Shown here piece by piece: positions 1 through 5,405 of a stretch of DNA of 16,035 nucleotides. How positions within the stretch are numbered: the stretch's first letter is position 1; each line of letters starts with the position of its first letter. The stretch comes from Thermoproteaceae archaeon. Its GTDB lineage: Archaea; Thermoproteota; Thermoprotei; Thermoproteales; Thermoproteaceae. The notes beneath the pieces were generated by a model, which was given only the letters and a program-made list of their open reading frames with translations, did not search any database and had not been told where the DNA came from. The stretch is from positions 1 to 16,035 of the forward strand of contig JAJHRB010000036.1 of assembly GCA_020833025.1 (NCBI GenBank), written 5' to 3'. The position numbers were made by a program, and so were the translations under genes.

Positions 1-125
1 ATTGTGCCGAGGTAGAGCAGAAAGACGTCCTCGGTGGAAAGCCTCTTGCCCTCCCTTATCTTGCCGAGCGCGTGCTCGACTGCCGTCTTGAGCGCGTCGT
101 AGGCGACGGCGGAAATGTCGGCCAC
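1..125 (-). CDS. N-terminal fragment of a paREP15-like coiled-coil repeat-family protein (runs off the window)
   Basis: GTG at 125 reads MADISAVAYDALKTAVEHALGKIREGKRLSTEDVFLLYLGTI to the window edge. TATA-like ATAAATAT at 153-146. The 'GKRLSTEDVFLLYLGT' motif resembles Pyrobaculum paREP15 proteins as I recall them (not searched). Confidence 0.55.
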   Translation of the reverse strand, partial: MADISAVAYDALKTAVEHALGKIREGKRLSTEDVFLLYLGT

Positions 126-230
126 TAGGAGGTCTCTTCGGGTGCATATTTATCCGTATTGCCCTAGTCCCCGCACGGGCCGCCCTCCCCCGCGACTTTC
201 GGCACGATGGGCGTCATGAACGTGGCGGCG

Positions 231-365
231 CTAGGGAAACGCCGGCGCGGCGAGCGGGTTGCGCTCCCTCGACGCCTTGCGCCACGCGAGCCAGAAGTAG
301 AGCAGCGCGGCAAGCGCGGCGAGCGGAGAGACGAGGAGCCAGAGCAGCCTCCTGAGGGCGCTCAT
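231..365 (-). CDS. 44-aa single-pass membrane protein (not in ORF track)
   Basis: ATG at 365 to TAG at 231-233: MSALRRLLWLLVSPLAALAALLYFWLAWRKASRERNPLAAPAFP. It has a ~20-aa hydrophobic stretch flanked by basic residues and starts 4 nt after the stop of the upstream minus-strand gene (370). Confidence 0.65.
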   Translation of the reverse strand: MSALRRLLWLLVSPLAALAALLYFWLAWRKASRERNPLAAPAFP

Positions 366-369
366 GCCC

Positions 370-1010
370 CTAGCCTGCTCTTCTTTCCCTCTCCTCCTTT
401 TTGCACCACGGCGGCGGCACTCTCGCCCCGCGCCCCCCGAGCCCTCTTCTCCTCTCGTCCTCCACCGTTGCCTCCCAGTCCCTCCTGAACCTCTCGATCA
501 GCCTGCAGACCTCGTCGATGAACTCCTCGACCCTGCCCTCGATCTGCAGCCTCGCCACCCTGCTGAACTCCTCGTCCGTGATCCACTTGCCGCGGTACAT
601 CGCATTCAGCAGCCACCCCGCGCACTCCACCCTGCACTTGACAGACTCCGGCGTGAAGCACGCGGAGTAGGCGTAGAAGAGGCAGCGCTGCATGTCCCCG
701 CCCACCTCGAGCTCCGCCCGGGCCCGCTCGATGAGGTACCGCCTGACCTCCTCGCGGTGTATCTTCTCGCCAAGGCGTCTCAGCCTCTCCAGCTGCTCGG
801 CAATCCTGCTCAGGGCCGCGGCCAGCTCCTCGTGGCGCGCGAGCGCCGCCGGCCCGGGCCCCCCGCTGCCTCCACGGCCTCGCGCTGCAGCGGCGTCAGC
901 GCCTCCCTGGGCACCTCCCCGAGCTGCGGCAGCACTCTCTCGACGATTACAATAACCCCCTCCCTCTCCAGCTTGTCACGTATCTCGCGGTGCGTGCGCC
1001 AGTCGGGCAT
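370..1010 (-). pseudogene. Hypothetical helical protein split by an apparent 1-nt frameshift (about 213 aa if joined)
   Basis: The frame from ATG 1010 (MPDWRTHREIRDKL...) stops at 810-812. The frame of ORF 370..705 is open from 975 and reads protein-like (PAALARHEELAAALSRIAEQLERLRR...) well upstream of its only start. Adding one base to the C6 run at 859-864 joins them. TAAATA box at 1038-1033. Confidence 0.6.
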
Positions 1011-1220
1011 CGCTACTGCCTGCACATCGTCCTATTTAGGCCTGCGCCGGAACCGGGCGGTTTCGGCACAACGCTTTTAAGAGAACTTAGACTGCAATTT
1101 ATGACATTCTGCTGTTTCAGCGGACCCTCGCATAGAGTAAGACTTGAAGGAAGAGATGCCAGATGGTTATCGCCATTAAACTGGTCACATACGGCGATGT
1201 CCTAAGTGAGGGTTAAGGCT

Positions 1221-1872
1221 ATGGCGGGGGGCCAGAGCCGGGTTCGTTATTGTCTCGATCTGTGTGCAATTGCGTCGGACGAGGAGGAGAAACGGAACTG
1301 TGTGTTGAGATGTCTCAATGTTGCCTCTAGCGAGATTGTTGGCGTTGCCAAGCCGGCGTGTCCTTCCTCTGAAGGTGCGATGCATGAGTTTTACGAGCTT
1401 CTGAGCAGGATCAAGAAATACCTCCACGGCTTGGAGGGCTGGCAAATAGCGTCACGCATACCCTCCGCTGCCTACACGATGCTTGGTGAAGGTTACGACA
1501 AAGAAACCGCTAAGAGAATGCTGATAGACACCTTAGACAAAGCTGTGGTTGATCGCTACGCCGTACGGCGCGCCTACCTACACGGGACGAGGCCGGAGGT
1601 AGTGGAGATATTGAAGGAAGTTTTTCCGAACGTACGCTCCCTGCCGGCGCCAGCTCCGTCTGCGAAAAGAGGTAAAACAAGACGCCGGCGGCCACTTGTC
1701 AAGAAACGCTCAGAGATACCAGTATATAGCACCGTCATCTTCACGCCCTCCGCCTAGCGGTTCAAGGCTTCTTAGAGCTCTTGCAGCCTTTGCCATCGTG
1801 CTTGTGGTGGGGTTGCTGACCTACATTTTCCTCAGCCCATTTCTCAGCCAAATCCTGCTGGGGCTGGGTTAA
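1221..1872 (+). pseudogene. Low-GC hypothetical protein, probably membrane-anchored, with an apparent +1 frameshift (main ORF 1221-1757; TM tail in +1 frame to 1872)
   Basis: ATG 1221 follows GAGGGT. The annotated frame ends in an Arg-rich tail. The +1 frame is open 1615-1872 and encodes KEVKQDAGG...PPPSGSRLLRALAAFAIVLVVGLLTYIFLSPFLSQILLGLG*. Confidence 0.5.
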
Positions 1873-2028
1873 AATGCCGCAGTGTTGTGGGGTACAACAG
1901 GTGTAGCATATGGCGCCGCCATGGCGCGTCCTTGGCGTGCCGTCCTTACGCGTTTTTGGCGCGCTTTTGGAGAAACCGCGCCGACATTGCAAAGGCGGCG
2001 CTTTACAGAGCTGAAGAGCGGCGGGGGC

Positions 2029-2116
2029 TGGCGCCGGGGCCGGGATTTGAACCCGGGCCCCCTTGACGGGGACGGGATCTCCAGTCCCGCACCTTGGGCC
2101 GCTCGGCCACCCCGGC
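2029..2116 (-). tRNA. tRNA-Ser(GGA), intronless, CCA encoded
   Basis: Reverse complement GCCGGGGTGGCCGAGCGGCCCAAGGTGCGGGACTGGAGATCCCGTCCCCGTCAAGGGGGCCCGGGTTCAAATCCCGGCCCCGGCGCCA. It shows a 7-bp acceptor stem, CT-GGA-GA anticodon loop, long variable arm, GTTCAAATC T-loop and G73. Confidence 0.97.
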
Positions 2117-2137
2117 TTAGCCCAGCGGTGGCTCTGC

Positions 2138-2152
2138 AAATAAAAATTTCCC
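2138..2152 (-). promoter_or_regulatory. BRE/TATA promoter of tRNA-Ser
   Basis: Minus strand GGGAAATTTTTATTT lies 22-36 nt upstream of the tRNA 5' end (2116). Confidence 0.65.
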
Positions 2153-2159
2153 CGCGCGG

Positions 2160-2196
2160 GTTTCAATCCTTCTTGTTTCAATCCTTCTTGAGATTC
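2160..2196 (-). repeat. Exact 15-nt tandem duplication forming a degenerate, spacer-less CRISPR-repeat-like element
   Basis: TTTCAATCCTTCTTG occurs at 2161-2175 and 2176-2190. The minus strand of 2175-2196 reads GAATCTCAAGAAGGATTGAAAC, resembling the GAATCTCAA...GAGGATTGAAAG repeat class of Pyrobaculum/Thermoproteus. Confidence 0.7.
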
Positions 2197-2347
2197 GCCA
2201 GAGCGCGATCATGGAGGCCGTGGTTGGGACAGTATCGCATTAAAAGGTTTCAACACACCAGTACATGGCACACCTCACGCAATACCGCCCTGCCGCGTGC
2301 TGCCGCGCTCCGGCGTCACAGGGCTGCAGGGACGCCAGGCGCGCCGT

Positions 2348-2761
2348 ATGAGCTCCTCAATTGACATTGCTGTGTGCGATATAGAGTCGAGGCGAAGGCT
2401 TATACCTATCGCGCTCAGAGTCGCGCAGGGCGGCGTCGAGCGCGCCAGGCCCGTCTCGGCCTTCATCTCGGGCGGCTGCATGCACGTGCTCTACGAGCAC
2501 GACGTCAATGTCGTGCTCGTCCTCGAGGAGCTCTACAGCCCGCCGATGCGCGTCTCGAAAGTATTCAGATGCGCGGGCCTAGATCGCGAGCTGTGCTGCG
2601 AGGTCGCGCACGCGGCGTACGCCAAGTGGGCTTACATGTGGGGCATCGACGAGACTCTAGGTGCAATTGAGAGTGTTCTGCGCACTAGAGAGCTGAAATA
2701 CGTGAGGCGGTACGGCTGTCCCGATGAGCTGCTAGAGACAGCTCGCTTTCCCTACCGGTAG
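2348..2761 (+). CDS. Hypothetical protein (137 aa, Cys-containing)
   Basis: ATG 2348 to TAG 2761, protein-like composition (MSSSIDIAVCDIESRRRLIPIALRV...), followed by the pyrimidine/T tract CCCCTCCCTTTTT. No family recognised. Confidence 0.7.
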   Translation: MSSSIDIAVCDIESRRRLIPIALRVAQGGVERARPVSAFISGGCMHVLYEHDVNVVLVLEELYSPPMRVSKVFRCAGLDRELCCEVAHAAYAKWAYMWGIDETLGAIESVLRTRELKYVRRYGCPDELLETARFPYR

Positions 2762-2888
2762 AGGCGGCCCCTCCCTTTTTCCCGCGCCAATTTCAGCCTG
2801 GAGCGCGGCGAGGCTCATACGAATGCGCATCGCTCTTTCCGGCACTGCGATCACAGAGGGGGACAGAGTGGTGCGGCCGCCGGGATTT

Positions 2889-2905
2889 CTAGGCGGGTTT
2901 TCCCT
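2889..2905 (-). other. tRNA-Phe intron 2 (17 nt), position 56/57 in the T-loop
   Basis: AGGGAAAACCCGCCTAG contains a GGG/CCC mini-hairpin, a central helix GCCT pairing exon GGGT (51-54), and bulges TC|A and AG|A. Confidence 0.8.
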
Positions 2906-2922
2906 GAACCCGGGACCGCCCG

Positions 2923-2962
2923 CTACAGGCCCCGGGAGTTTCCTGGCGCCGCTCCCGGGGCT
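2923..2962 (-). other. tRNA-Phe intron 1 (40 nt), position 39/40
   Basis: Only this junction restores the G31-C39 and G30-C40 pairs. Internal perfect 10-bp helix GCCCCGGGAG/CTCCCGGGGC begins one nt after the 5' site. It is followed by 4 nt (CTGT, partly pairing GAAG) and an AG|C bulge, i.e. relaxed bulge-helix-bulge (BHB) geometry. Confidence 0.75.
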
Positions 2963-3113
2963 GTCTTCAGCCGGGCGCTCTCCCGCTGAGCTACGGCCGC
3001 CGGCTTTACGTGGCTGCTGGAACTTAAATTTTTCTCTCTCTCTACTCTCCGGCGCCCGGCTCCGTTAAAGGCGGAGGCGAGGCTCCCGGCCCGCGGACTC
3101 CCGCCTTAGTAGC

Positions 3114-3127
3114 TAAAAACTTAAATA
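3114..3127 (+). promoter_or_regulatory. BRE/TATA promoter upstream of the tRNA-Leu 3' fragment
   Basis: CTAAAAACTTAAATA. Spacing by analogy with the Ser and Phe tRNA promoters predicts a start near 3146-3150. Confidence 0.7.
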
Positions 3128-3145
3128 GCGCGGACAAGAGGTCAA

Positions 3146-3234
3146 GCGGCGCCCGCCACCACCCGCCCAGAGGGGCAGGGTTGAGGTCCCTGTGGCGTAG
3201 GCCTGCGTGGGTTCAAATCCCACCCCCCGCACCA
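3146..3234 (+). tRNA. tRNA-Leu(GAG) 3' portion only (about position 22 to CCA, 3171-3234) with a 25-nt C-rich leader; candidate split-tRNA half
   Basis: 3171-3234 has AGGGG, CAGGG-TTGAGGT-CCCTG anticodon arm, GGC-GTAG-GCC variable arm, GTGGG-TTCAAAT-CCCAC T-arm, CCCCCGC-A-CCA. No GCGGGGG acceptor strand or CCCGAG D-stem lies upstream. Confidence 0.85.
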
Positions 3235-3627
3235 CCCTCCTCCGGGCACTCCCTCCGGCTACCCACCCAACCTGACCGGGGTTAATTTCATACGTCAGCC
3301 GTCCCTGGTGCGCTGGTTCAAGGCATCTGGCGTCAACAGCGCGGCACGGGCCGGGGCGCGGCGCTCAGCCCGAGCCCCGCAGTCCCTGCCCTCCCGGCGA
3401 TAGCCAGCGCGCTCGCCTCTCGTGCGTCAGGGCGGCCGCTAGGGCCTTCCGTACCTTGCGAAGCTGCCACGACCGCGCCCGTGATCGGTCTGTTAAGCTG
3501 AGAGCCCCCATGCACGAGTCGAGATGCGTGTCAGCACCGCAGTGCGTGAGGTGCAGCGGGAAGGGCGCCGCCGCGGCCGCGATCTAACTGATGCCAATCT
3601 TTTTATGCAGCGTTGCGAGCAGGCGCA

Positions 3628-4176
3628 ATGGGCGCCTCCCAGCCGGCCAGGACGACTATAATTGACATCCTGGAGGTGGCGACGCAGACTGCGACGCAGA
3701 GCGCGGCGCAAGCGCTCGTTCAGGGAGCCGCGGGCCGGGCCGTGGTGACGATATCAATAAATCTCGAGGAGGCAGTGCTTACAGTCACGATAGGCCTCGA
3801 GAAGGGGCCTGTCGCCGTCACCGGCGACGGAAGAGTGCGAGTCTTCTGCCGGCTGTCGCCCGCCGACCTCCAGCGCGCGGCTGAGCAGCTGCCGGCAGAG
3901 GAGTTCGTGCGCTACGCGGTGAAACAAATATTCCCCGCGGGCGGGCTCTCACAGTTTAAGGAGCGCTACACGAGGATGTTGCAGGAGGGGAGGAGCGCGA
4001 GGGAGATGCTCGAGGACATGATCGGGTGGCTCTGCTCCCTTTTGCGCAGCGGCAAGGCGGCTCCTGCCGACAGGAGGAGCGAGAGCCCGCTGAAGGCGTG
4101 GGAGGAGTTCTGCGCGAGGGACGGGGGGGAGGCGTCCAGCGGCAGCGGCGCTGGCGCGGGGAGGCAGGTAAACTAG
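3628..4176 (+). CDS. Hypothetical protein (182 aa)
   Basis: ATG 3628, 22-29 nt after CTTTTTAT (3599-3606), reading [19 protein letters not shown]...; stop TAG 4174-4176. No family recognised. Confidence 0.75.
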   Translation: MGASQPARTTIIDILEVATQTATQSAAQALVQGAAGRAVVTISINLEEAVLTVTIGLEKGPVAVTGDGRVRVFCRLSPADLQRAAEQLPAEEFVRYAVKQIFPAGGLSQFKERYTRMLQEGRSAREMLEDMIGWLCSLLRSGKAAPADRRSESPLKAWEEFCARDGGEASSGSGAGAGRQVN

Positions 4177-4187
4177 CGCCAGCCTCC

Positions 4188-4652
4188 GTGTCCTCCAAGA
4201 AAGAGCTCATCGTCAGCAAGATAAAAAACGGCACCGTCATCGATCACATACCTGCAGGTCAGGCGCTTCTAGTACTTAAAATACTCGGCATAACCGGGAG
4301 GGAGGGCTACAGAGTCGCGCTGGTGATGAACGTCGAGTCGAAAAAGCTCGGCAAGAAGGACATAGTGAAGATAGAGGGAAGGGAGCTCACGCCGGAGGAG
4401 GTCAATGTGATATCTGCAGTCGCGCCGACGGCGACGATAAATATAATACGCAACTTTGAGGTCGCCAAGAAGTTCAGGGTGTCGCCGCCCGAGATAATAC
4501 GCGGGCGCTTCAAGTGCAAGAACCCGGTGTGTATCACCAACGTGCCGCGAGAGCCTGTCGAGCCAGTGTTCTATCTCGTTAGGAGAGACCCCCCGCTGTT
4601 TGCCTGCGCGTACTGCGGGAGGTACCACGAGATAGCCGACTTGATGCTGTGA
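4188..4652 (+). CDS. pyrI: Aspartate carbamoyltransferase regulatory subunit
   Basis: [31 protein letters not shown] and APTATINII motifs, plus the Zn site CKNPVC...CAYC. Start reassigned to GTG 4188 (the ORF track's 4026 start overlaps the upstream gene). Confidence 0.96.
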   Translation: MSSKKELIVSKIKNGTVIDHIPAGQALLVLKILGITGREGYRVALVMNVESKKLGKKDIVKIEGRELTPEEVNVISAVAPTATINIIRNFEVAKKFRVSPPEIIRGRFKCKNPVCITNVPREPVEPVFYLVRRDPPLFACAYCGRYHEIADLML

Positions 4653-4700
4653 GCGCGCGGCGCGGTACATAGCTTTTAACTGCGGCGGCAATGTAGTGCC

Positions 4701-5132
4701 ATGCAGCAGGTGTACGAGAGGCACGTGGAGGTGCCAATAAGGATCTCAAAGAGGGCCGACGAGCAGACAAGGCTCAGGCGCCTCGAGAGGTGGCCGCGCG
4801 AGGCTGGCGAGAGCGTCGTGCTTGACGAGTCGGGATCTACATTCCGCAAGCTGCTGCAGATGTACGCGGCCGATTACAAGCTGGAGGTCGGGCAGAGGAG
4901 GTGGGATGTGAAGTCCGAGGGCGACGCAATTAGAGCAAGACTCGATGTGGCGCTGCTCAGGGGCGGCGAGGTCCGGGGGAGGGCCGTAATGGAGGCCGAG
5001 ATTCCCAAGACCCCGACGGGCGAGGAGGGCGAGAGCCTGGTATACACCGCGAGGCTCCGCTACTACGTCGAGATTGACGAGGGCGTGCTCGCGGAGGCTG
5101 CAGGCAGCGGCTTCGTCGAGTTCCCGCTCTGA
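4701..5132 (+). CDS. Hypothetical protein (143 aa)
   Basis: ATG 4701 about 21-28 nt after CTTTTAAC (4673-4680); protein-like Glu/Arg-rich composition. No family recognised. Confidence 0.8.
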   Translation: MQQVYERHVEVPIRISKRADEQTRLRRLERWPREAGESVVLDESGSTFRKLLQMYAADYKLEVGQRRWDVKSEGDAIRARLDVALLRGGEVRGRAVMEAEIPKTPTGEEGESLVYTARLRYYVEIDEGVLAEAAGSGFVEFPL

Positions 5133-5405
5133 GCCGCGGCCGGCCCCATCTGCTCGCCCCTCTCTTCCTGATGGCGCCCGCAGCCAGACTCACGGGCGCG
5201 TGCCCTCCCAGGCCGTGGCGCGCTCAGAGAGCTCGGGGGCGGCTGGCCGCCAGCCCGCCGCCCGTCAAACCAGCCCGCGGCTTGTAGCCCGGCGGCGCCG
5301 CGCCCAATTAGTGCATAGTACTTCACTTAAAATAGTCTTGGACGATACGTCTACATGCGCACTATTTTGTAAAGGGGGCTTTTAAGAGCGCCCAGGCGTG
5401 AAGAC

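Larger units (their letters stand above)
2869..3000 (-). tRNA. tRNA-Phe(GAA) with two non-canonical introns, CCA encoded
   Basis: Removing 2962-2923 and 2905-2889 gives a 75-nt cloverleaf: GCGGCCG/CGGCCGC acceptor, GCTC/GAGC D-stem, CCCGG-CTGAAGA-CCGGG anticodon arm, CCGGG-TTCAAAT-CCCGG T-arm, ACCA. TTTAAG TATA about 25 nt upstream (3023-3031). Confidence 0.92.

Noticed and set aside
364-1080. 238-aa plus-strand ORF, and the other long antisense or overlapping ORFs in the track (e.g. 9541..10281, 6431..7045, 12605..13150)
   Set aside because: Shadow ORFs typical of high-GC DNA, opposite or overlapping better-supported genes, with Pro/Arg-rich non-protein-like composition.
1160-1202. Peptide coincidences: SHTAMS (here and in minus ORF 2275..2481) and ARWLSP (here and in a minus frame near 3400)
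   Set aside because: The partner frames are shadow or unsupported ORFs, and nucleotide identity is low and short.
1882-2364. 160-aa ORF spanning tRNA-Ser
   Set aside because: Runs antisense through the whole tRNA, its promoter and the repeat; the WRRGRDLNPGP content is just translated tRNA.
3075-3103. Minus-strand GCGGGAGTCCGCGGG as the missing tRNA-Leu 5' half
   Set aside because: The acceptor match is 6/7, but there is no CCC D-stem to pair G23-G25 and the following sequence is not complementary to the 3146-3164 leader.
3290-3600. Short ORFs and possible SRP RNA in the gap after tRNA-Leu (48-aa minus ORF from about 3512, 31-aa plus ORF, ORF-track 3333..3515 and 3493..3711)
   Set aside because: No suitably spaced promoter, biased composition, and no SRP helix-8 consensus found.
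4320-4335. TGATGA box-C-like hexamers (also near 12594) as C/D sRNAs
   Set aside because: Inside well-supported CDSs, with no properly spaced D', C' and D boxes.
4188-4652. pyrI without adjacent pyrB
   Set aside because: Unlinked pyrB and pyrI is ordinary gene-order variation and not evidence of a new function.
5240-5275. Minus-strand GGGCGGCGGGCTGGCGGCCAGCCGC as the trailer complementary to the Leu leader
   Set aside because: Needs gaps and several mismatches, and is not preceded by a GCGGGGG acceptor strand. Expected by chance in GC-rich DNA.
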